Source: Eledone cirrhosa (Eukaryota). Taken from it: a stretch of 64,000 nucleotides of DNA. The position numbers and the translations under genes were made by a program. How positions within the stretch are numbered: the stretch's first letter is position 1; each line of letters starts with the position of its first letter. Shown in pieces: positions 14,070-26,453 of this stretch. The DNA is taken from positions 289,478,001 through 289,542,000 of the forward strand of contig OZ024743.1 of the NCBI GenBank assembly GCA_964016885.1, read 5' to 3'. Under the pieces are notes generated by a model, which made no database searches, was not told where the DNA came from, and saw only the letters and a list, made by a program, of their open reading frames with translations.

Positions 14070-14280
14070 AATCTTCCTGAGAATTATATTTATGCATGAA
14101 CATGGTGAATCTCCCTGAGAATTATATTTAAGCGTAGACATGCTTAATCTTCCCGAGAATTATAATTAAGCGTACACATGGTGAATCTCCCTGAGAATTA
14201 CATTTAAGAGTACATATGGTGAATCTCCCTGAGAATTACATTTAAGAGTACATATGGTCAATCTCCCTGAGAATTTACGA
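14070..14280. repeat. About 38-40-bp tandem repeat (5-6 copies)
   Basis: Unit approximately TGGTGAATCTCCCTGAGAATTACATTTAAGAGTACATA. Confidence 0.85.
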
Positions 14281-14817
14281 ATTTATTTATTTACATGTAT
14301 ACACACATATTTATTTATTTATTTACATGTAAATATATACACACATGTTTATACACACATATGTTTATATACACACATATGTTTATACACATATATAAAT
14401 ATATAACACAACACATGTGTGAATCAATGTGTATATAACAGTTATTGGCAAATAATATTATTAATCTTTAAAAAATTTATTAGTTAGCTCACTTGTAATT
14501 AATCTTTAAAAATGTATGAGTTAGTTCCCTTAGATTTTTACTAATTTTATTGGAAAAAATGTAAAAAATATAGAAAAAAAAAATCGGTTAAAATTCAATG
14601 AAATACGGAGAGAAAAAAACCAAAGACACGGTGAGGCAGATCTGGAGAGAGCGGTTTCAGTCAATACTTTATTTCCAATGTATTCAGGATTTTGTGTAAA
14701 TTCAGGTCAACAAACTTGCTTTTTATATAGCACAAGACCACCCGTATATACACACACATATATATATATGTATATATATATATATATGTATGTATATATA
14801 TACATATATATATATAG

Positions 14818-17800
14818 ATTCATTGTGGGTAAAAAACGATGCTATTAGCTTTTCTGGGTGGGAAATGACAATGGGCTAGGTGGGGTAGGAATCATGTGAG
14901 CAGAAGAAAGGGTGGATAAGATAATAGACGTAAATAGAGTGAACGACAGAATAATTAAAATAAGACTTGATCTAACTAGAACTACTGTGACAGTAATATC
15001 TGCGTACACACCCCAATCCGGACTGCCTGGCACTATAAAAGACAGATTCTATGAGACACTGATGCTCACTACCTCCCAAATAACCGACAGTGACTATATA
15101 ATTATTGCTGGCGACCTAAATGGTCATGTTAGACAACATTGTGACAGCTATGACGGAATCCATAGAAGCTATGGGTTTGGTACTAGAAATGAGGAAGGCT
15201 CCAGAATCCTGGAATTCTGTGACGCAAATAACCTAACTATCTGTAGCACTAACTTCAAAAAACGAGACAATCACTTGATCACCTACAGATCAGGGGAACA
15301 CACCAGCCAGGTAGATTATATCCTTACCAGAAGACGTGACAGAGTGTCTGTTGTAAACACTAAATCCCTCCCCCATGAAGAATGCACCTCTCAACATAGA
15401 CTCATAATTAGTGACCTCATAGTCAGGACGAGACGTACTCGACAACAGAAGAGGACTATCATTAGGAGAAAAATATGGAAGGTAAAGGACCCCACAGCCA
15501 GTAATAAATTAAAAAGCATATTACTTGATGCTTTAGACAGTAAGGAAGAGCAATTAGAGTCGTACAATATAGAGGAACAGTGGGAATTCCTGAAAGCAAA
15601 CCTGCTGATGGTGGCAGATGAAGTCAGTGGCTGGAGCAGGCCTATAGGCAGGAGGAGAGTAATGTGGTGGTGGAACAGTAAGGTGGAGGAGTTAATTAAG
15701 GCCAAAAAGCAGGCTTGGAAAGTATGGTGGGACGGGGGAAGTAGAGAAGACTATCAAGTGGCGAGGAGGGAAGCTAGGAGACGAGTGTACTTCACAAGAA
15801 GGGAAGCAGAGGAAAGAAAGTTCAAGCATGTTCTACAACACGAGGACCAAAAACGTGAGGTGTTCAGGATTGCTAGGCAATGTGTCAAGGAAAACCGTGA
15901 TATTGTCGGGGAGAAGTGTGTCTTTAATGATGATGGTGTACTTGCCATCACTGACGCTGATAAGAAGGTAGCTTGGAAGTGTCACTACGAAAGGCTACTA
16001 AATGAGGAGAATAAATGGGAGAAAGACAGTCTCCCCCACATCGATCCAATAGAGGGACCAGCAGTGTTAGTTGAAGGAAGTATAATAAGTAAGGCAATCA
16101 AAGATATGACGACGGGTAATGCGGCTGGGCCTTCGGAAATAGTTGCTGAAATGCTGAAAGCTTCTGGAATGGTGGGACACACTATGGTCACCCGGATAGT
16201 AAACCAAGTCATACAGAATGGGGTTGTTCCGAAGGACTGGCGTAGCAGCATCATCATTAACTGCTACAAGGGTAAAGGAGATGCCCTAGATAGGGGTAAC
16301 TATATAGAGGCATTTAATTAATCGACCAGGTCATGAAGGTCACAGAAAAAGTAATAGCGCAACTAATCAGAGAGCGAATTGATCTAGATGAAATGCAGTT
16401 CGGGTTTGTGTCAGGTAAAAGTACCACAGACGCTCTTTTCATTGTACGACGACTACAGAAGAAGTACCTAGCTAAAAGTAAACCCCTATACTTAGCTTTT
16501 GTCGACTTGGAGAAAGCCTTTGACAGAGTCCACCGTTCCATTATCTGGTGGGCTCTTTGTAAACTAGGTGTTGATGAATGGCTTGTGAGAGCTATACAAG
16601 CCATGTATAAAGAAACAGTCAGCAAGGTTAGAATTAACAACGAATATAGTGAAGAGTTTAGCGTAAAAGTCGGTGTTCATCAGGGCTCCGTTCTTAGCCC
16701 CCTACTATTTATTATTGCCCTTCAGGCTATAACAGAGGAGTTCAAGACCGGCTGCCCATGGGAACTTCTATACGCAGATGATCTAATGCTCATAGCTGAA
16801 TCAATGGCTGAACTAGAGAAGAAATTCCAAACATAGAAGCATGGCCTAGAATCAAAAGGCCTTAAAATTAACCTGTCTAAGACTAAAGTTCTAGTTTGTA
16901 GGAAGGAAAATAGGGCACCGGTCCCATCTGGGAAATGGCCATGCTCAGTGTGTAGGAAAGGAGTAGGCAGAAACTCCATTTTATGTCCCAAATGCAAAGT
17001 ATGGGTGCATAAAAGATATAGTGGGATCACAGATAAGCTAACTAAGAATATAGATTTTATATGTGGCCGGTGCTTTGGTGCAATAAGTAGCAGCAAATGC
17101 CCACAGAATACTAGCTCATTCCATTGCCCTGATGGTTCTATAGAAATAGTGGACACCTTCCGTTACTTGGGTGACAAAATCAGCAGTGGTGGAGGGTGCT
17201 CTGAAAGTACAGTAGCTAGAGTCAGAACTGGATGGAAAAAGTTCAGAGAGCTTATACCACTATTAGCCACTAAAGGGTTCTCTCTAAAAATGAAAGGCAG
17301 GCTGTATGATGCCTGCATACGAACAGCAATGTTACATGGCAGTGAGATCTGAGCATTGTGTGCAGAGGATATACGCAGACTGGAGAGGAACGAAGCTTGC
17401 ATGCTCCGCTGGATATGTAATAGTAATATACGTGAACGGCAAATCATAAACGAACTAAGGGAAAAATTAGGAATAAGAGGGATCAGATGTTGTTTACTCG
17501 AGAGAAGACTACGTTGGTACGGTTACGTGATGCGCATGAAAGACGGAAGCTGTATAAAAAAGTGCAGGGCAATAAAAATAGACGGTAGCCACGGAGTAGA
17601 CAGACCCAGAAAAACCTGGGACGACTTGATAAATTCCGACCTCACACACTTACACCTCTCCAAGACAATGTCACTGGACCGAGATCTTTGGCGCTACACA
17701 GTAATACAGAAGACACGCCTGACCTAAGTACAAAGTGAAACCTACTACAGTCAGTAGGCACCTCTAACAAAAATACACCCCCGTCCCACTACCTCCACCC

Positions 17801-18110
17801 CATCCACACCACCCCTTTCAATGTAAAGTTATGTTGGTACCACAACATCCAGTCCGAAACAAATGAGGTTGTGTAGGTGTCACGACAAAAAAACACAGTC
17901 CACGCTGTAATGTGGCCGTGTAGGTAACACGGTAAAAACCTCCCAGCCCACACTGTAAACGTGGTTGGTGTTAGGAAGGGCATCCAGCCGTAGAAAACCC
18001 GCCAGACAGTCCTATGCGAGCAAGACAACCACTCTTGCCTCAAGTGGGAAAACTCCTGTCCAAACTCATGCAAGCGTGGAAGATGGACGTTAAGCGATGA
18101 TGATGATGAT
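14818..18110 (+). mobile_element. RTE LINE, subfamily 1 (copy B), near-complete ORF2 but disabled
   Basis: APE endonuclease (ISAYTPQ, IAGDLNGHV, SQVDYIL, SQHRL), RT (DLEKAFD, GVHQGSVLSP, YADD), a Cys/His finger and a (GAT)n tail. Lesions are a frameshift near 16303 and stops at 16834 and 17350 where copy A has TGG. Flanked by (TA)n on both sides. Confidence 0.96.
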
Positions 18111-18289
18111 ATATATATATATATATATATATTCACACACACTTAGAAACCCTTTCTGCTAGCAAGATACAGTAATGTTGTATTCGTTTCTTTGAAGTAA
18201 CCGGTTGTAATTTCATTCAACAACACCACCAGCTCTCTCTCTCTCTCTCTTCCATTTCTTTTCTCTAGCCTTCTCTCCCTCTATTCATG

Positions 18290-18469
18290 AATGTACCCAG
18301 AAAACCCCATATCTCGGGAATCCCTGCTCCGATTTACGCGAAACTTGTTTTATTCTATTTGTATCCCATTTGAGGGGCAACTTCCTTTCAAAGTATTTTC
18401 CCACTATGCGCACGTTTGGCTGTATTATATTACAGACAAGCAATCACAGAGTTTTAGTAGTATATAGAT
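18290..18469 (-). mobile_element. Possible non-autonomous Helitron 5' end
   Basis: Minus strand starts A|TCTATATACTACTAAAAC, typical of Helitron 5' termini. No coding evidence. Confidence 0.35.
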
Positions 18470-19318
18470 ATGTGTGTTACGATCTGTTCTGATCATTAGT
18501 ACATGTTATAAGAGGCAACACATATAGAAACAGAGAGGATGTTGAAAACAGTCTTTCAGGCATTTTCCACAAAAAGAAATAGGTTTCTGTGAATGTGTCA
18601 TCAAAGAGTTGCCTTCCCATTGGGTTGTAGTTGTTGAAAACGATGGTAATTACATCTTTAATTAAAATCATTCAGATGAATGTAGTTTATATTCGTTTGT
18701 ATATCCTTTCTGGAAAAAACGCATTTATTTTCCAAACACAAAATTAAAAATGTACTTTGTAACTTTAACACTGGTATAATCCCTTGAATTATTTCCCTTA
18801 CCCTAATATTTTGAAATACTTAAATTTGAAAATTAAAAAGAAATATATATTACAATATTCTTTTTACATCTAGTTAAATATTATTGATGATTTAATAATT
18901 ATTAGTTTTTATACCATCTCTTTAACTTAAATATTAATATATAAGCCATGATAACGTGGAAGATGGACGTTAAACGAAGATGATGATGATGATGATATAT
19001 TCACTTCATATTGTTTCGTGTTTTCTGATACATCAACTCTGTAGTAAATACCTTTCTTCTTTAACACTATTCAATTCGAAGGATTGCTTTTACAAACTAT
19101 GAATATTGCTTTGATAAAACTATATAACTTCCAATTTATAACTGGAAATTTACTACTCTACCAAATAACATTTAATTATTTTAATATATCTACACCATGT
19201 TATTTTGACCTGTTATTTAATTAGGTAACTTATATATATATATATATATATATATATTATCTTTTATTCTTAAATGATTTGTATTGATATTGTATTAATC
19301 GTTTTGGATCTTGATTAA

Positions 19319-19419
19319 ACTCTGATGATTCCAATGGTTTATGCTAACTATTAGCAAATTGTTAAATAAAATAACTTGCTGTTGATGCTATATTCCTATG
19401 AGAAGAAACAATTGTCAGT
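19319..19419 (+). ncRNA. Hammerhead-ribozyme-like motif with long stem II region
   Basis: ACT-CTGATGA-TTC...(about 70 nt)...GAA-GAAA-CAATTG-TC-AGT. Same family as 47602-47646. Confidence 0.5.
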
Positions 19420-20050
19420 GATTAAATGTTTTGAACTTTTAATTTTTGTTTATAAGCACATTGTAATTATATACAGTGACATTCCGTTAGAACGAAATTC
19501 ACGGGCATAAAAAAAATCCTTGTTATAAAAAATTTGTTATAACGAGATCAACCGAGTCGAAATTGAGCGTTTGTTTGTTATTACCTCGTATTTAAAAATA
19601 AAAAAATAAATGAATGAAAACATACCTGCAATATGACTGTAACATGCAATAAAATATAAATATATATTTCAAATATATTCAAATCTATTCCCTTCGTTTG
19701 TTTTCTGCCATATTATAAAGTTGTGTAAAAAAATAATCAAAAACGCTATTTCAGAGCACCAATTCTAATTTTCAATTTCTGCTTGACCGGCAACCGCTCT
19801 GTATAATCAGTTCCTGATTATTACTAGAATTCTATAAGAATCAAACATCCATGATTTTCAGCAAACAGGTGGAGTACTTAGCTTTGATAAGTACCAAAAA
19901 GTACGAAACAGAGCTCTGTCAGCTTTATCTCCCCTGTTGGCTGAAAATTTAAAGTAAGTGAGACTGTCACTACTCTAAAACAATAGCGTAAGGTCTTCGA
20001 AATGCTTTTAATTAAGCATACAGTGTATTGCAAAATACACTATATATACA

Positions 20051-20086
<36 letters not shown>

Positions 20087-20096
20087 TGTATATGTG

Positions 20097-20280
20097 TGGT
20101 GGATTGGCAGTATCGATAGAGGGTCGGACGCCATGCTTTCCAGCATAGTTACGTCCCTTTACGATCTGAGTTCAAATCCCACCGAGGTTGACTTTGCCTT
20201 TCATCCTTACGGGGTCGATAAAATAAAGTACCAGTAATGCACTGGGTAATTGCTGGCCTTGTGCCTAAAGTAGAAACAAT
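20097..20280 (+). mobile_element. tRNA-derived SINE family B with 17-bp TSD
   Basis: B box GAGTTCAAATCC, central GCCTTTCATCCTTACGGGGTCGATAAAATAAAGTACCAG (from memory resembles the Deu/Nin SINE domain), and TSD ATTAATGTATATGTGTG at 20082 and 20279. Confidence 0.85.
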
Positions 20281-20829
20281 TAATGTATATGTGTGTGCAT
20301 GTGTTTTAGATATGTTCTTTTGAATCATTTTCTTTCATTTGGAATTTGGAATATTAACGTAATTTAAATCATAAAAATACTTTTATTTATGTAAAAATAA
20401 TCAGTTGAAGAATCATATGAACAATTCGGTTTTGAAAGAAAAAATCAGTAATTTTGGATTGAGCTGATTTGACATTTTGACTTAACAAAGTCTTCAATTC
20501 CAGTCACATTGTAACACAGTAACCGCTATTTCAGAGCAAGAAAAAAAGTATTGCCGTACTGTTTCATTACAAGAATATGCTTCGGAAAAGTTATCTTTTG
20601 CTGAGTCAAAGTGCCTGTTTCAATTTGTTCATTTTCTTCTTCACTTTCTTCTGGTTTCTTAACACCTTTGTCTATATCAAAGACACTTAGCTCATGATAT
20701 ACTACTACAGTAATAAATGTGTGAAAGCTTAGATTTTGTGGAAAATCTTTTATAGCTGAAACTGAATTCCACAACAGTTGAATTTCTTCATCACATTCAT
20801 TTACTTCAAAATCTATTTCATTATCACTA

Positions 20830-20955
<126 letters not shown>

Positions 20956-21539
20956 TTAGACGTGATAACTCGTCCTTACATGAATGCATTCCAGTGATAC
21001 AAATGAGATAATTCGTCGTAACTTGTTTGAACTCGTTTCCAATAGTTCATAACTTCAAAGTTATGAACTCGTTTCCAACAATGAACAACTTCAAAGCAAG
21101 ATGGGGGTTACTAGTTTATTGATGTGATATTTGTCAATCAAAATAGTCGTTTTACTGACGCCCCCCCCCCCCCAAAAAAAAAGCGGCACACCAACTAAAG
21201 CTGTGTAAAATATGCACAACAGTCAACAGGTTAACATCAATTGTGGGAATCGCCTCACCACTGTTCATAGTAAAAAGTATCTTTTTGAACAGTTTTTTTC
21301 TGTAATGAGTTTTCAAGGTTTTTATTATGCCTAGATGCAGTGGTTGTAAAACTGCGGTGCAATTGGGTGGAAGATACTCGACCCTAACATTATCTAAATA
21401 AGGCTGTTTGCTATGTGCAGAATAGTTGTCTACCAACAGCAATATTTTCCGTTTTGTCTTACTCATTTTATTGTCCAGTTCAATTAACCAAGTGGTAAAT
21501 AAATTTCTTGTCATCCAAGCCTTTTTTGTTGGCATTATA

Positions 21540-21718
21540 TTGCCTTTCATCCTTATGGCGTCGATAAAATAAAGTACTGGTATAATTGCTGGGATAATTT
21601 CTGGCCTTGTGCCAGTACTGGGATAATTGCTGGCCTTGTGCCAGTACTGGGATAATTGCTGGCCTTGTGCCAGTACTAGGATAATTGCTGGCCTTGTGCC
21701 TAAAGTAGAAACAATTAT
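21540..21718 (+). mobile_element. SINE family B fragment with internally amplified about 29-bp unit, inserted in the Tigger ORF
   Basis: GCCAGTACTGGGATAATTGCTGGCCTTGT repeated about 3 times before the normal SINE end. Confidence 0.8.
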
Positions 21719-22516
21719 ATCTAACTGCAAGATACTTTACGTTTTTTTAGCATCTTAGGTTTTTTGATCATCCAATAACAAAAGGAGTAAATATCTAGTT
21801 CCCATAGCGTTGCAAACAACAAGATCAATTAAGCGTTGTTTTGACATCCTTCCTCCTTACAGCTTTGGCTGTGAGAGTGCGATGAAGTAACAACTGATAA
21901 CAACTGCAGTAAATATGTTTCCTTTGCCGTAAGAAGAAATAATATTTTTTCATTTCCCCTACTTTCCACTCAATCATCTTTTCTACTGGAACACCAGCTC
22001 CTTCACCACAGATGATTTGGGCTGTTATCCCGAATCGATGACGAAATTGATTCAGCCATTCGACACTGGCCTGAAAATCCAAGTGACCCAAAAGTTTGGC
22101 CATAGCCAAAGCTTTCTCTTTGAATAAGTTGACCACTAATTGGTATATTTTGTTCTTGATGGTTTGTAAACCACACAAAAACTGCTTCGAACATTGCAGC
22201 CCTTGGTCATTTTCGTTGTGGAGCAACATTTTTGGCTGCTGGGGTTCAATTCTCGCTCGTTTTAATGAAATATTCGTTGTAAAGAATTTCGTTATAACAA
22301 AATTCTTTTATCATTGTTTCAATAAGACTGTGGCCGGGTATTGAAAAAGTCATTATAATGGTATTCGTTATAATAGAACTTTACTCTGTATTGGCTCTAC
22401 TTGATCCTATCATAACATTCATCTAAAATACACCTAGTAAATAAGTTAAATTTACTCTCATAAATATTACTATTATATATACAGTATATATATATATATA
22501 TATATACATACACTGT

Positions 22517-22868
22517 ATCATCATCATCATCATCGTTTTATGTCTGTTCTTCCACGCTAGCATGGGTTAGACGGGTTGTCCTGTTGTGGGCAGTGTCTGG
22601 TCGGCTGACCTTGTCTTGCTCATATGGGAACTGATTCTGGCTTGATTTCTACAGCTGGATGCCCTTCCTAACACCAACCTCATTTACAGTGAGTGCTGGG
22701 TGCTTTTTTTGCCGTGGCAACTTCACGACCACTTTTCAGTGTGGGCTGGGTGCTTTTTTTTTGCCGTGGCACCTCCACGACCACTTTGTAGTGGAATGAT
22801 AGGGACCCCAGGCCTATCATCTCATTTCTACAGCTGAGTAAACTGTAGCAATGTGAAATAAAGTCTCT
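22517..22868 (-). mobile_element. SINE family A, 5'-truncated
   Basis: Reverse complement matches 8420-8763. Confidence 0.85.
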
Positions 22869-23423
22869 TATGTGATCAAAATAATGTAAATATATATATA
22901 TATATATTTACGTTATTTTGATCACATAAATATATAACTTGGGGGCTTTCTTCCCACACTACAACAGTTTTTTGACAGGCACTCCCCAAGTCAAATTTTA
23001 ATTTTTCAATTTCTTATACTCTTTTCCCTACCGTCCATGATAAGTATGGGTTCTACGCAACAGCTTTGTAATTCTGTCAAAGTTACCCAATGAGACCGCC
23101 CTGCCTTGCATCACAAATAGATGATTGAATTATGTATAGTGATTTTACGGAATTAAAATTTACAGCATATCATCCAATCCGGCCTTCTGATGTGAGAAAA
23201 ACCACAAACCCTTCATCTCAATTCTCCTTTTGAAAAGCAGAAGAACTGCGAAACTGGTAAAGGAACCAAATAAATATATATTTAAAAAAAAAAAGACTCC
23301 AGTTGCATTTTCGATTTCATCTTTTTTCCTTATACTTTCACTCGTGTAGGACACCTTGTTTTTTTTTTCATTTTGTACAACAAACCTCACTTTCTAATAA
23401 ATAAATAAATATATATATATATA

Positions 23424-24150
23424 CAGGGTGCGGACGATATTTGTCCGCAATTTTCAACTGCTAATTTTATGCAAATTTTTTTTACTTCTGTTGTCACTCT
23501 TGTCTTCATAAAAACAGTGACTATATTTCCATTATTTATTTTCAGAATAATTGATTATGAATAATTTTGAACCTCCAAATTTGTGGAAGAGACACGGAGT
23601 TCTTCTTGGAATCCGCGCCGGAAGGACAAATAAGACCAGAAGATCAACTCCCAGAACAGCAGGTGGCTCGCTGTCTCATCCAAAGATGTGCAGACAAAGT
23701 TTCCAGCGACAACATTGGTCTTAGGTGTCATCAGCAGTCAAGGTGACGTCATGCCACCTCACTTCTTCCCTGAGGGCCTCAAGCTGAACACCGATGGCTA
23801 CATTCGCGTTCTGAGTAAGGTTGTAAAGCCCTGGAGCGACCAGGTAGCTGCAGGTAGGCCGTACGTGTGGCAATAGGACTCAGCGCCCTGCCATACCAAC
23901 CGAAAGACCCAAGCCTGGCTGTCAGAGAACTTCGTCGACCACACTCCACCTGACATCTGGCCTCCCAGCTCGCCTGACTGCAACCCCCTTGACTTCTTTG
24001 TGTGGGGCACAGTGGAACGAGACACCAACAGATCTAGCTGCAATACGAAAGACGATCTGAAGGCCAGTATCACAAGTGCCTTTAAGGGTCTAAGCCGGGG
24101 GACAGTGACGAAGGCCTGTAGCCGGTTCCGAGGCATTCATCAAAGCCAAT
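23424..24150 (+). mobile_element. IS630-Tc1-mariner DD37D (maT-type) transposon remnant
   Basis: Starts TA|CAGGGTG. Catalytic region WQ*DSAPCH...WPPSSPDCNPLDFFVWG has 37 residues between the second and third Asp. Contains an internal deletion and a stop. Confidence 0.88.
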
Positions 24151-24167
24151 GGCTTTATATATATAAA

Positions 24168-24472
24168 ATGGAGGCACATGGCTTAGTGGTTAGAGCATTG
24201 GCCTTGCAACCGAAAGGTTGTGAGTTCAATTCTCAGACCGGTGATGGGTTGTTTCCTTGAGCAAGACACTTTATTTCACATTGCTCCAGTTTACCCACTG
24301 CAAAGTGGTCGTGGAGGTGCCATGGTAAAAAAGCACCCACCACTCACTGTAAATGAGGATGGTGTTAGGAAGGGCATCCAGCTGTAGAAATCAAGCCAGA
24401 ATCAGTTCCCGTCCCACCCTTGCAAGCAGGGAAAAGCGGACGTAAAATGATGATGATGATGATGATGATGAT
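24168..24472 (+). mobile_element. SINE family A variant with subfamily-3 RTE tail
   Basis: Family-A head and partial tail up to CAGTTCCCGT, then the tail seen at 13335-13398. Confidence 0.88.
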
Positions 24473-24473
24473 C

Positions 24474-24553
24474 GGGAAAAGAGTTAGGACCCCGGCGGCT
24501 GAGCTCCGGCCGTTTCGACAGCTAGATCTGTTCGGGGTCGTAACTCTTTTCCC
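24474..24553 (-). other. Three-way-junction hairpin, hammerhead-like but lacking the CUGAUGA box
   Basis: About 20-bp closing stem GGGAAAAGAGTTA.GACCCC / GGGGTC.TAACTCTTTTCCC, two inner stems, and CGAAA between them on the minus strand. Partial homolog at 11541-11587 (+). Confidence 0.5.
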
Positions 24554-24650
24554 TATAACCCACTCTACTACACTAATTATCGAGTACTCTGGTGCGTTAT
24601 GGTCCACCTGGTATCTTACCAGACCTTCTTTGTTATATACATATATATAT

Positions 24651-26265
24651 AATAATAATAATGAAATATTGTGTACAGTGCTCAGGTGCACTACAACTCA
24701 TCAAAAAGTGTATGTATAGTACATAGGGTAATATACAAACGTCAGGAATATGAGTCATGATATACACATGTGTTCATGTGTTTGGAAGGGGTACATCAAG
24801 TGTAGTTTTGGCGAATTTCAGGAAGCATGAGGGTTTTAAAGGATGCAGTGTCTCGGCAGCTAACAACTGATGCAGGCAGTTTGTTCCATGCTTCAGCAAC
24901 TCTGGGTGTGAAAAAATGTTTTGGAATGTCATGGGAGCTGTGCTGTTTTCTGATTTTGTAGGCATGTCCACGTGTTTTAGACACATGGAGATCAAAAAGG
25001 TGCTCAGGGTTGTTGTTGGCAAGATGGTTAATAACTTTGTGGGTGTTTACCAAGTCCATTGCCAGACGTCGGAGCTTCATGGAGAGAGGCTAACAAAGGT
25101 CTTGCTGAGTGATGCCAAGACACCCTCGGCCTTCTTGACAATCTTGGAGACATGCTTTGTCCAACACAAACCGCTGCTGACAGTAATGCCCAGGTCACGT
25201 TCACAAGAGAACTTCTTGATATCAGTGTTGTGGAGGGAGTATGTGGACGCTCAATTTTTCCTCCCAAAATGCTTGGTGGTACACTTGTCCACAGTCAACT
25301 TCAGTTGCCAGTCTGTGATCCATTGCTACATTGTGTCCAGGTATGATTGTAGGAAAGAGTTGCAGATTTCAGGATCAGTCCTTTTGATTTCAAGGTACAG
25401 CTTGATGTCATCTGCATATTTCAATACCGTGGCATTCTTTAAGTTGACATCTATGTCATTAATATATGCCACAAACAAAAGGGGACCAAGAACAGATCCC
25501 TTTGGTACACCAGATGACATCTCATATGGTGAAGAATGCTGTCCTAGAACCGTGACTACCTCTTTTCGGCTGAGAATGAAGGATTTCAACCAGTTAAAAA
25601 GATCATCCCTCACACCCAATGCAGAGAGTTTTGCCATAAGTCTTTTGTGTGGCACAGAATTAAAAGCCTTAGCGAAGTCAAGGTAAACAACATCCACCCA
25701 TGAGCCACTGTCAGTGATCCGGGTAATGTCTTCAAGGAACTCGATAAGCTGATCACAGCAGCTGGAGTTAGGGATAAATCCAAACGGCGAGGGCCGTATG
25801 AGGCTGTGAGAGCTCCAGAAGTTCCAAAGTGTTTCTTTGACACAGGATTCCATCAGACTGACTGGACGATAGTTGACAGGTGACGTGCGGTCGCCATTTT
25901 TGAACAGGGGAATGACACTAGCAGTTTTCCACTGCTCCGGAGTAGCACCATTGTTGAGACAGTATTGAAAGAAGAAAGAAAGCTGGTGCCAAAGGAAGTA
26001 CCCGCCACGTTTGAGAAGCAGGTATGTAACACCATCAAGACCAGGGGAGGCATAGTTGCGCTTATTCTTAAGGTGACGTCGCAACATTGCAGGTGTAAAT
26101 TCCATAGTTGTTATGGAATTTGATGTTAGAGATGGTAGAGATGGTACATTCTGGTTTTCAACAGTAAAAATACTTGCATAGCACTCAGCAATGAGTTCTG
26201 CACATTCTTTGGGATCGTCAGTGATCTGGCTTGTGTGGGGATTGCGAAGAGGACCAATATACTTC
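24651..26265 (-). mobile_element. 5'-truncated CR1-clade LINE
   Basis: RT motifs NYRPVSL, VYLDFAKAFNSVPH, SGVP.GSVLGPLLF and YADD. C-terminal TRGH.YKI...FF..RV...WNKLP and a (TTA)n tail. Confidence 0.92.
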
Positions 26266-26453
26266 AAACGTTAAACTAATATATTTCTTCAATATACTGT
26301 GTTGTTTGCTTTGTTATCGGTTTACCTTTTACATATATGTATATATTAATCAAACAAAATTGTCTCTCTTTCTCTCTCTCTATATCATTCTTTATTTATC
26401 TATCTAACTGTGATCGTGTGTTGCAGTAGCAGGGAAAATGTACGTTAAATAAT

